Source of the DNA: Octopus sinensis
Taxonomy: Eukaryota
NCBI RefSeq assembly: GCF_006345805.1
Contig: NW_021835910.1
Coordinates: 1-35,187, forward strand
Reading direction: 5' to 3'
Length of the DNA stretch: 35,187 nucleotides
A program made the position numbers and the translations under genes. Position 1 is the stretch's first letter. Every line of letters starts with the position of its first letter. The notes under the pieces were generated by a model. The model had not been told where the DNA came from. It ran no database searches and saw only the letters and a program-made list of their open reading frames with translations. Of this stretch, positions 10,901-21,450 are shown in pieces.

Positions 10901-13900
10901 AGAATATAGAAAGAGAGTAAATGATGGACAGCTGAGGAAAGGGGGACGAGGAGTAAGAGACAGAAAGAGAGTAAATGATGGACAGCTGAGGAAAGGGAGA
11001 CGGAGGAATAAGATAGAAAGAGAGTAAATGATGGACAGCTAGGGTAGGGGAGACGGAGGTGTAAGTGACAGAAAGAGAGTAAATGATGGACTGCTGAGGA
11101 AGGGGAGACGGAGGGTAAGAGATAGAAAGAGAGTAAATGATGGACAGCTGAGGAAGGGGAGACGGGAGTACGAGATAGAAAGAGAGTAAATGATGGACAG
11201 CTAAGGAAGGGAGACGGAGGAGTAAGAGATAGAAGAGAGTAAATGATGGACAGCTGAGGAAAGGGGAGACGGAGGAGTAAGAGACAGAAAGAGAGTAAAT
11301 GATGGACGCTAGGAAGGGGAGACGTAGGAGTAAGAGACAGAAGAGAGGTTAATGATGGACTGCTGAGGAAAGGGGAGACGGAGGAGTAAGAGATAGAAAG
11401 AGAGTAAATGATGGACAGCTGAGGAAAGGGGAGACGGAGGAGTAAGAGACAGAAAGAGAGTAAATGATGGACAGCTGAGGAAAGGGGAGACGGAGGAGTA
11501 AGAGACAGAAAAAGAGTAAATGATGGACAGCTAGGGAAGGGGAGACGGAGGAGTAAGAGACAGAAAGAGAGTAAATGATGGACTGCTGAGGAAAGGGGAG
11601 ACGGAGGAGTAAGAGATAGGAAGAAGTAAATGATGGACAGCTGAGGAAGGGGAGACGGAGGAGTAAGAGACAGAAAGATAGTAAATGATGGACAGCTGAG
11701 GAAAGGGAGACGGAGGAGTAGAGATAGAAAGAGAGTAAATGATGGACAGCTAGGAAGGGGAGACGGAGGAGTAAGAGATAGAAAGGAAGTAAATGATGGA
11801 CAGCTGAGGAAAGGGGAGGCGGAGGAGTAAGAGACAGAAAGAGAGTAAATGATGGACAGCTGAGGAAAGGGGAGACGGAGGATAAGAGATAGAAAGAGAG
11901 TAATGATGGACCCTGAGGAAAGGGAGACGGAGGAGTAAGAGATAGAAAGAAGTAATGATGGACAGCTAGGGAGGGGAGACGGAGGAGTAGAGACAGAAGA
12001 GTGTAAATGATGGACAGGTGAGGAAAGGGGAGACGGAGGAGTAAGAGACAGAAAGAGAGTAAATGATGGACAGCTGAGGAAAGTGGAGACGAGCAGTAAG
12101 AGATTAAAGAGAGTAAATGATGACAGCTAGGGATGGGGAGACGGGGAGTAAGAGATAGAAAGAGAGTAAATGATGGACAGCTGAGGAAAGGGAGACGGAG
12201 GAGTAAGAGATAGAAAGAGAGTAAATGATGGACAGCTGAGGAAAGGGAGACGGAGGAGTAAGAGATAGAAAGAGAGTAAATGATGGACAGCTGAGGAAAG
12301 GGAGACGGAGGAGTAAGAGATAGAAAGAGCGTAAATGATGGACAGCTAGGGAAGGGAGACGGAGGAGTAAGAGATAGAAAGAGAGTAAATGATGGACAGC
12401 TGAGGAAAGGGGAGACGGTGGAGTAAGAGATAGAAAGAGAGTAAATGATGGACAGCTTAGGAAAGAGAAGACGGAGGAGTAAGAGATAGAAAGAGAGTAA
12501 ATGATGGACAGCTAGGGAAGGGGAGACGGAGGAGTAAGAGATAGAAAGAGAGTAAATGATGGACAGCTAGGGAAGGGGAGACGTAGGAGTAAGAGACAGA
12601 AAGAGAGTAAATGATGGACAGCTGAGGAAAGGGGAGACGGAGGAGTAAGAGATAGAAAGAGAGTAAATGATGGACACTGAGAAGGGGAGACGGAGGAGTA
12701 GAGACAAAAGAGAGTAAATGATGGACAGCTGAGGAAAGGGAGACGGATGAGTAAGAGATAGAAAGAGAGTAAATGATGACAGCTGAGGAAAGAGGAGACG
12801 GAGGAGTAGAGATAGAAAGAGAGTAATGATGGACAGCTAGGGAAGGGGAACGGAGGAGTAAGAGACAAAAGAGAGTAAATGATGGACAGCTGAGGAAAGG
12901 GGGACGGAGGAGTAAGAGATACAAAGAGAGTAAATGATGGACAGCTGAGGAAAGGGAGACGGAGGAGTAAGAGATAGAAAGAGCAAATGATGGACAGCTG
13001 AGGAAGGGGAGACGGAGGAGTAAGAGATAGAAAGAGAGTAAATGATGGACAGCTAGGAGAGGGAGACGGAGGAGTAGAGATAGAAAGAGAGTAAATGATG
13101 GACAGCTAGGGAAGGGGAGACGGAGGAGTAAGAGATAGAAAGAGAGTAAATGATGGACACTAGGGAAGGAGACGGAGGAGTAAGAGATAGAAAGAGAGTA
13201 AATGATGGACAGCTAGGGAAGGGGAGACGGAGGAGTAAGAGATAGAAAGAGAGTAAATGATGGACAGCTAGGGAAGGGGAGACGGAGGAGTAAGAGATAG
13301 AAAGAGAGCAAATGATGGACAGCTGAGGAAAGGGGAGACGGAGGAGTAAGAGATAGAAAGAGAGTAAATGATGGACAGCTAGGGAAGGGGAGACGGAGGA
13401 GTAAGAGACAGAAAAAGAGTAAATGATGGACAGCTAGGGAAGGGGAGACGGAGGAGTAAGAGACAGAAAGAGAGTAAATGATGGACTGCTGAGGAAGGGG
13501 AGACGGAGAGTAAGAGACAGAAAGAGAGTAAATGATGGACAGCTGAGGAAAGGGGACTGAGGAGTTAAGAGATAGAAAGAGAGTAAATGATGGACAGCTA
13601 GGGAAGGGGAGACGGAGGAGTAAGAGATAGAAAGAGAGTAAATGATGGACAGCTGAGGAAAGGGGAGACGGAGGAGTAAGAGATAGAAAGAGAATAAATG
13701 ATGGACAGCTGAGGAAAGGGGAGATGGAGGAGTAAGGGATAGAAAGAGAGTAAATGATGGACAGCTAGGGAAGGGGAGACGGAGGAGTAAGAGATAGAAA
13801 GAGAGTAAATGATGGACAGCTGAGGAAAGGGGAGACGGAGGAGTAAGAGACAGAAAGAGAGTAAATGATGGACAGCTGAGGAAAGGGGAGACGGAGGAAT

Positions 13901-16900
13901 AAGAGATAGAAAGAGAGTAAATGATGGACAGCTAGGGTAGGGGAGACGGAGGTGTAAGTGACAGAAAGAGAGTAAATGATGGACTGCTGAGGAAAGGGGA
14001 GACGGATGGGTAAGAGATAGAAGAGAGTAAATATGGACAGCTGAGGAAGGGGGACGGAGGAGTTAAGAGATAGAAAGAGAGTAAATGATGGACAGCTAGG
14101 GAAGGGGAGACGGAATTAGTAAGATATAGAAAGAGTAAATGATGGACAGCTGAGGAAAGGGAGAGGAGGAGTAAAGACAGAAAGCGAGTAAATGATGGAC
14201 AGCTAGGAAGGGGAGACGTAGGAGTAAGAGACAGAAAAGAGAGTTAATGATGGACTGCTGAGGAAAGGGAGACGGAGAGTAAGAGATAGAAAGAGAGTAA
14301 TGATGGACAGCTGAGGAAAGGGGAGACGGAGGAGTAAGAGACAGAAAGAGAGTAATGATGACAGCTGAGGAAAGGGAGACGGAGGAGTAAGAGACAGAAA
14401 AGAGTAAATGATGGACAGCTAGGAAGGGGAGACGGAGGAGTAAGAGACAGAAAGAGAGTAATGATGGACTGCTGAGGAAAGGGGAACGGAGGAGTAAGAG
14501 ATAGAAGAGAGTAAATGATGGACAGCTGAGGAAGGGGGAACGGAGGAGTAAGAGACAGAAAGAAGTAAATGATGGACAGCTGAGGAAAGGGGAGACGGAG
14601 GTAGAGATAGAAAAGAGTAAATGATGGACAGCTAGGGAAGGGGAGACGGAGGAGTAAGAGATAGAAAGGAAGTAAATGATGGACAGCTGAGGAAAGGGGA
14701 GGCGGAGGAGTAAGAGACAGAAAGAGAGTAAATGATGGACAGCTGAGGAAAGGGGAGACGGAGGAGTAAGAGATAGAAAGAGAGTAAATGATGGACAGCT
14801 GAGGAAAGGGGAGACGGAGGAGTAAGAGATAGAAAGAGAGTAAATGATGGACAGCTAGGGAAGGGGAGACGGAGGAGTAAGAGACAGAAAGAGTGTAAAT
14901 GATGGACAGGTGAGGAAAGGGGAGACGGAGGAGTAAGAGACAGAAAGAGAGTAAATGATGGACAGCTGAGGAAAGGGGAGACGGAGCAGTAAGAGATAGA
15001 AAGAGAGTAAATGATGGACAGCTAGGAAAGGGGAGACGGAGGAGTAAGGATAGAAGAGAGTAAATGATGGACAGCTAGGGAAGGGGAGACGGAGGAGTAA
15101 GAGACAGAAAGAGTGTAAATGATGGACAGGTGAGGAAAGGGGAGACGGAGGAGTAAGAGACAGAAAGAGAGTAAATGATGGACAGCTGAGGAAAGGGGAG
15201 ACGGAGCAGTAAGAGATAGAAAGAGAGTAAATGATGGACAGCTAGGGATGGGGAGACGGAGGAGTAAGAGATAGAAAGAGAGTAAATGATGGACAGCTGA
15301 GGAAAGGGGAGACGGAGGAGTAAGAGATAGAAAGAGAGTAAATGATGGACAGCTGAGGAAAGGGGAGACGGAGGAGTAAGAGATAGAAAGAGAGTAAATG
15401 ATGGACAGCTGAGGAAAGGGGAGACGGAGGAGTAAGAGATAGAAAGAGCGTAAATGATGGACAGCTAGGGAAGGGGAGACGGAGGAGTAAGAGATAGAAA
15501 GAGAGTAAATGATGGACAGCTGAGGAAAGGGGAGACGGTGGAGTAAGAGATAGAAAGAGAGTAAATGATGGACAGCTTAGGAAAGAGAAGACGGAGGAGT
15601 AAGAGATAGAAAGAGAGTAAATGATGGACAGCTAGGGAAGGGGAGACGGAGGAGTAAGAGATAGAAAGAGAGTAAATGATGGACAGCTAGGGAAGGGGAG
15701 ACGTAGGAGTAGAGAGACAGAAGAGAGTAATGATGGACAGCTGAGGAAAGGGGAGACGGAGGAGTAAGAGATAGAAAGAGAGTAAATGATGGACAGCTGA
15801 GGGAGGGGAGACGGAGGAGTAAGAGACAGAAAGAGATTAAATGATGGATCCATGAGGAAAGGGGAGACGGATGAGTAAGAGATAAAAGAGAGTAAATGAT
15901 GGACAGCTGAGGAAAGAGGAGACGGAGGAGTAAGAGATAGAAAGAGAGTAAATGATGACAGCTAGGGAAGGGGAGACGGAGGAGTAAGAGACAAAAGAGA
16001 GTAAATGATGGACAGCTGAGGAAGGGGAGACGGAGGAGTAAGAGATACAAAAGAGTAAATGATGGACAGCTGAGGAAGGGGAGACGGAGGAGTAAGAGAT
16101 AGAAAGAGAGCAAATGATGGACAGCTGAGGAAAGGGGAGACGGAGGAGTAAGAGATAGAAAGAGAGTAAATGATGGACAGCTAGGGAAGGGGAGACGGAG
16201 GAGTAAGAGATGAAAAGAGAGTAAATGATGGACAGCTAGGGAAGGGGAGACGGAGGAGTAAGAGATAGAAAGAGAGTAAATGATGGACAGCTAGGGAAGG
16301 GGAGACGGAGGAGTAAGAGATAGAAAGAGAGTAAATGATGGACAGCTAGGGAAGGGGAGACGGAGAGTAAGAGATAGAAAGAGAGTAAATGATGGACAGC
16401 TAGGGAGGGGAGACGGAGGAGTTAAAGAGATAGAAAGAGAGCAAATGATGGACAGCTGAGGAAAGGGGAGACGGAGGAGTAAGAGATAGAAAGAGAGTAA
16501 ATGATGGCAGCTAGGGAAGGGGAGACGGAGGAGTAAGAGACACAAAAAGAGTAAATGATGGACAGCTAGGGAAGGGAGAGACGGAGGAGTAAGAGACAGA
16601 AGAGAGTAATGATGACTGCTGAGGAAAGGGGAGACGGAGGAGTAAGAGATAGAAAGAGAGTAAATGATGGACAGCTGAGGAAGGGGAGACGGAGGAGTAA
16701 TAGACAGAAAGAGAGTAAATGATGGACATCTGAGGAAGGGGAGACGGAGGAGTAAGAGATAAAAGAGTAAATGATGGACAGCTAGGGAAGGGAGACGGAG
16801 GAGTAAGAGATAGAAAGGAAGTAATGATGACCGCTGAGGAAAGGGGAGGCGGAGGAGTAAGAGACAGAACAGAAAGAGAGTAAATGATGGACAGCTGAGG

Positions 16901-18779
16901 AAAGGGAGACGGAGGAGTAGAGATAGAAAGAGAGTAAATGATGGACAGCTGAGGAAAGGGGAGACGGAGGAGTAAGAGATAGAAAGAGAGTAAATGATGA
17001 CAGCTAGGGAAGGGGAGACGGAGGAGTAAGAGACAGAAAGAGTGTAAATGATGGACAGGTGAGGAAAGGGAGACGGAGGAGTAAGAGACAGAAAGAAGTA
17101 AATGATGGACAGCTGAGGAAAGGGGAGACGAGAGCAGTAAGAGATAGAAAGAGAGTAATGATGGACAGCTAGGGATGGGGAGACGGAGGAGTAAGAGATA
17201 GAAAGAGAGTAAATGATGGACAGCTGAGGAAAGGGGAGACGGAGGAGTAAGAGATAGAAAGAGAGTAAATGATGGACAGCTGAGGAAAGGGGAGACGGAG
17301 GAGTAAGAGATAGAAAGAGAGTAAATGATGGACAGCTGAGGAAAGGGGAGACGGAGGAGTAAGAGATAGAAAGAGCGTAAATGATGGACAGCTAGGGAAG
17401 GGGAGACGGAGGAGTAAGAGATAGAAAGAGAGTAAATGATGGACAGCTGAGGAAAGGAGAGAAGGTGGAGTAAGAGATAGAAAGAGAGTAAATGATGGAC
17501 AGCTTAGGAAAGAGAAGACGGAGGAGTAAGAGATAGAAAGAGAGTAAATGATGGACAGCTAGGGAAGGGGAGACGGAGGAGTAAGAGATAGAAAGAGAGT
17601 AAATGATGGACAGCTAGGGAAGGGGAGACGTAGGAGTAAGAGACAGAAAGAGAGTAAATGATGGACAGCTGAGGAAAGGGGAGACGGAGGAGTAAGAGAT
17701 AGAAAGAGAGTAAATGATGGACAGCTGAGGGAAGGGGAGACGGAGGAGTAAGAGACAGAAAGAGAGTAAATGATGGACAGCTGAGGAAAGGGGAGACGGA
17801 TGAGTAAGAGATAGAAAGAGAGTAAATGATGGACAGCTGAGGAAAGAGGAGACGGAGGAGTAAGAGATAGAAAGAGAGTAAATGATGGACAGCTAGGGAT
17901 GGGGAGACGGAGGAGTAAGAGACAAAAAGAGAGTAAATGATGGACAGCTGAGGAAAGGGGAGACGGAGGAGTAAGAGATACAAAGAGAGTAAATGATGGA
18001 CAGCTGAGGAAAGGGGAGACGGAGGAGTAAGAGATAGAAAGAGAGCAAATGATGGACAGCTGAGGAAAGCGGAGACGGAGGAGTAAGAGATAGAAAGAGA
18101 GTAAATGATGGACAGCTAGGGAAGGGGAGACGGAGGAGTAAGAGATAGAAAGAGAGTAAATGATGGACAGCTGAGGAAAGGGGAGACGGAGGAGTAAGAG
18201 ACAGAAAGAGAGTAAATGATGGACAGCTAGGGAAGGGGAGACGGAGGAGTAAGAGATAGAAAGAGAGTAAATGATGGACAGCTGAGGAAAGGGGAGACGG
18301 AGGAGTAAGAGATAGAAAGAGAGTAAATGATGGACAGCTAGGGAAGGGGAGACGAAGGAGTAAGAGATAGAAAGAGAGTAAATGATGGACAGCTAGGGAA
18401 GGGGAGACGGAGGAGTAAGAGATAGAAAGAGAGTAAATGATGGACAGCTAGGGAAGGGGAGACGGAGGAGTAAGAGATAGAAAGAGAGTAAATGATGGAC
18501 AGCTAGGGAAGGGGAGACGGAGGAGTAAGAGATAGAAAGAGAGTAAATGATGGACAGCTAGGGAAGGGGAGACGGAGGAGTAAGAGATAGAAAGAGAGCA
18601 AATGATGGACAGCTGAGGAAAGGGGAGACGGAGGAGTAAGAGATAGAAAGAGAGTAAATGATGGACAGCTAGGGAAGGGGAGACGGAGGAGTAAGAGATA
18701 GAAAGAGAGTAAATGATGGACAGCTGAGGAAAGGGGAGACGGAGGAGTAAGAGATAGAAAGAGAGTAAATGATGGACAG
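4967..18779 (+). repeat. 13.8-kb tandem array of a 56-bp unit (~245 copies)
   Basis: Consensus GAGTAAATGATGGACAGCTGAGGAAAGGGGAGACGGAGGAGTAAGAGATAGAAAGA, with 47 of 56 bases purine on the + strand. Common variants are CTGAGGAAAG/CTAGGGAAG and GAGATAG/GAGACAG. Confidence 0.98.
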
Positions 18780-19315
18780 ATGATATTACAATTAACCTGA
18801 GGATTGACTGTAACCATAACTCGAATTATTAATTGAATTTAAATTATTGTTATTCGAATTGGTTACGGGCATGAAACGATCGTAGTGTTTTTACTCATTA
18901 TCTTATATTAAATTTTTAATACTTTTTGATAGTTAAAAAAATAAATAAAAAAAAAACATAAATAAAAAATAAATAAATAATTAAATAAAATAATAATAAA
19001 AATATATATATATTTATAATTTATAAGTTTAAATTATTAATTTGATTAATTTAAAAGAAAATTTAACTTTAATTTAAATATTTGAATTGGATTTTTATAT
19101 TTTATATTTTATATTTTATATTTTATATTTTATATTTTATATTTTTTATATATTTTTTAATTAATTTTATTTCTATGTATTGGCTTATGATTTTCGCTGT
19201 TTGGTTTGCCTAATAGTGGTTTTAGCTCTAATTTAATATAATATATATTTATACTCTAAAATTAGATTTAATCCTAAATCTAATTTTTGACTGTAAGTTT
19301 GGATTTACTCCCTAA

Positions 19316-19320
<5 letters not shown>
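18780..19320. other. Extremely AT-rich low-complexity tract with a (TTTTATA)n run and a 13-bp hairpin
   Basis: 7-bp repeat at ~19092-19150. AAAATTAGATTTA (19258-19270), 4-nt loop, TAAATCTAATTTT (19275-19287). Confidence 0.7.
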
Positions 19321-19401
<81 letters not shown>

Positions 19402-19413
19402 ATATATATATGT

Positions 19414-19444
<31 letters not shown>

Positions 19445-19464
19445 GTATAATATGTATATGTATA

Positions 19465-19517
<53 letters not shown>
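19318..19517. repeat. (TTA)n/(AT)n microsatellite
   Basis: Direct reading. Confidence 0.95.
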
Positions 19518-19518
<1 letters not shown>

Positions 19519-19519
<1 letters not shown>

Positions 19520-19973
19520 ATCAAAATAAAAACATGATGCGAAGGATTCAGCGGTACATATGTTTCGGGCCTTTATTAGACAGATTTATAACAATGCATA
19601 ATGTATGTCTGTGGCCTTCTTCAGCCGCGCACAACAGTTTCCACAAGGACATGTGTTACATCAAAAATTCTTGGTTGGTGATGCAAATCCTCTCATTCGC
19701 GTACGACATAATGCGGCAGCAGCATAGAATTGAAGCCTCCATCTCTTTCTTCTCTCAATGTAGAATGAGGAAATTTGGATGTTGAAGTAATGTAAATAAA
19801 TAAATACATATATAGACGTGAAGATGGAGGGGCGAGAATTCAGGACGAGGGATAAAAAATGTATAAAAAGTGTAAGTATAGAAAAATATAAAAATGTAGA
19901 GTATAAAGATATAAAGGGATATAAGGAGATGTAAAGGGGGTATAAAGAATATAAAGAAATATAAAGAAATATA

Positions 19974-19980
<7 letters not shown>
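19519..19980 (-). mobile_element. Probable Penelope-like retroelement terminal remnant
   Basis: Pyrimidine-rich degenerate short repeats followed by a hammerhead motif. This architecture is typical of PLE termini; no RT or GIY-YIG coding sequence is visible. Confidence 0.45.
19551..19628 (-). ncRNA. Type I hammerhead ribozyme motif
   Basis: Minus strand reads GCGG-CTGAAGA-A-GGCC...GGCC-C-GAAA-CATATG-TA-CCGC. Stem I GCGG/CCGC, intact CUGANGA and GAAA core, palindromic stem III ACATATGT, GUA cleavage triplet. Confidence 0.75.
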
Positions 19981-20004
<24 letters not shown>

Positions 20005-20092
20005 ATATATATATATATTTATATGTATACATATATGTAAAGCTGTATATAAAGAGAATTAAAAGTAATGCTATGCTACTTCATAATAATCC

Positions 20093-20110
20093 TTATTATT
20101 ATTATTATTA

Positions 20111-20179
<69 letters not shown>

Positions 20180-20222
20180 CTTGTTGTTGTTGTTGTTGTT
20201 GCTGCTGCTGCTGCTGTTGTTG
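20093..20222. repeat. Compound (TTA)n-(TTG)n-(CTG)n trinucleotide repeat
   Basis: Direct reading. Confidence 0.95.
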
Positions 20223-20399
20223 GTATTGGAATATATATATATATATTTCCCACTCTTCCTCCTTTACTCTCTCGTTGCTCATACGTGACCATCGGCCATC
20301 TTTCTTTGCCTTACTTGAACTACTTTCTTTCCTTTTGATCCGCCACACAGATCACGCGCATTCTAGTCTGTCTCCTCTCCTATCTTTTTTCCTGTCTAA

Positions 20400-20925
20400 G
20401 CTTACGCTTCGTAACCGTTTTGGTGTTATTCCACCACTGTCAAAGAACCATCCGTCGTTGGTATGAAGAAACTGGATGCTTGTGCAAAGGGAAAAGTCCA
20501 AGTCGAACGCAGACCTCTGGGGAAAATGTGCGAAGAATTCAACAGGCGTTTGAAGTCTGTGCTAGCGTTAGCAGAGAATTTGTATTATCTCACATAGCTG
20601 TAATGGCGTGTGTTAAGGCAATGACCATGAAGCCATACATATTACAAAATGTACAAGCTCTTGATGTTGGCAACAAAAGAAAATATGTGGAATTTAGCAA
20701 CGCTCTCTTAGAGGACATAGAAGATGACAGATTTTTGACTCGATTGATCTTTAGTGCAGAAGCTACTTTTCATCTAAGCGGTAAAGTTAACCACCACAAC
20801 GTGCGCATATAGGGACTCCAGAATCCTCATGAAATAGTAGAGCATGAACGAGATTCTGAAAAAGTTAACGTTTTATGTGCACTTTCACAAACCAAGATTT
20901 ATGGCCCGTACTTTCTTGAGAGAAT
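20400..20925 (+). mobile_element. Decayed Tc1/mariner-superfamily transposase fragment
   Basis: TIRRWYEETGCLCKGKSP...LIFSAEATFHLSGKVNHHNVRI*GLQNPHEIVEHERDSEKVNVLCALSQTKIYGPYF. The catalytic FSDE motif is mutated to FSAE and Trp is mutated to TAG at 20810-20812. Confidence 0.85.
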
Positions 20926-20934
20926 ACCTTAAGG

Positions 20935-21150
20935 AACATGCTTTTGTTCCTCCTTTAGCTCGTGATCTTACCAAAAAGTTGGTAAGCGTCCTCAAATACT
21001 CCAAGAGCCAATTGTGAGGGACATTGTCGTTGGCCTTTCTACTCATGTTGATCAATAAACCGACTTTGTTGCTTTGGTCTTTCTCAACAATATCCACTTT
21101 ATTATCTTTGGTGGTTCTGTCTGTATATACTGGAAAGTCCCAAAGAATCG
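20935..21150 (-). mobile_element. RLE-type (R4/Dong/NeSL-like) non-LTR retrotransposon fragments
   Basis: ILWDFPVYTDRT..DIV.KD (restriction-like endonuclease region) and RKAxDxVPHxWLLEYL (RT region). Confidence 0.7.
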
Positions 21151-21151
21151 T

Positions 21152-21275
21152 AAATTCACTCACAAGGTTTTAGTTGGCCGGAGGATATAGCAGAAGACAT
21201 TTGTCCAAGGTGCCACACAGTGAAGCTGAACCCAGAACCATGTGACTGGGAAGTAAGCTTCTTATTACACAGCTA
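21152..21275 (-). mobile_element. tRNA-derived SINE, 5' part
   Basis: The reverse complement begins TAGCTGTGTAATAAGAAGCTT...CACATGGTTCTGGGTTCAG...GTGGCACCTTGGACAAATGTCTTCTGCTATA. It is homologous to the + strand copy at 27265-27330. Confidence 0.75.
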
Positions 21276-21371
21276 TAAACGCATTTACATAAGCATATTT
21301 GAATCAGCTGATAAATATATAGTATTTTACGTTATTATACTGTTTATAATGAATGTTTTTCTCTTTTACAG

Positions 21372-21450
21372 AAACTGTATAACGGCACACAAGCACTGAA
21401 CAGAAACTGCAAACGTCCATGACTACTGAAAGAGAATTTTTCAATCATTG
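21372..21450 (+). pseudogene. Degenerate second Thr/Ser-rich exon of the mucin-like gene
   Basis: Acceptor TTTTTCTCTTTTACAG (AG 21370-21371). Phase-1 reading HTSTEQKLQTSMTTERE after a TAA at 21380-21382. ACAAGCACTGAACA (21389-21402) is identical to 3252-3265. Confidence 0.45.

Noticed and set aside
4967-18779. CRISPR-like array, or a hammerhead-like reading of the unit (TGATGG...ACAGCTG...GAAA)
   Set aside because: There are no unique spacers and the context is eukaryotic. The unit lacks CUGANGA, correct motif order and stems, so the shared ACAGCTG is coincidental.
7947-18817. Leu/Ser/Pro-rich minus-strand ORFs (up to 221 aa) in the array
   Set aside because: They are translations of the 56-bp repeat. 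Their length depends on indels that skip stops, and there is no coding signature.
19468-20466. ORFs with poly-YI, poly-C, poly-Q, poly-T or poly-I tracts (also 1764, 22137, 23549, 25884, 26092, 26731, 27152)
   Set aside because: They are translations of microsatellites.
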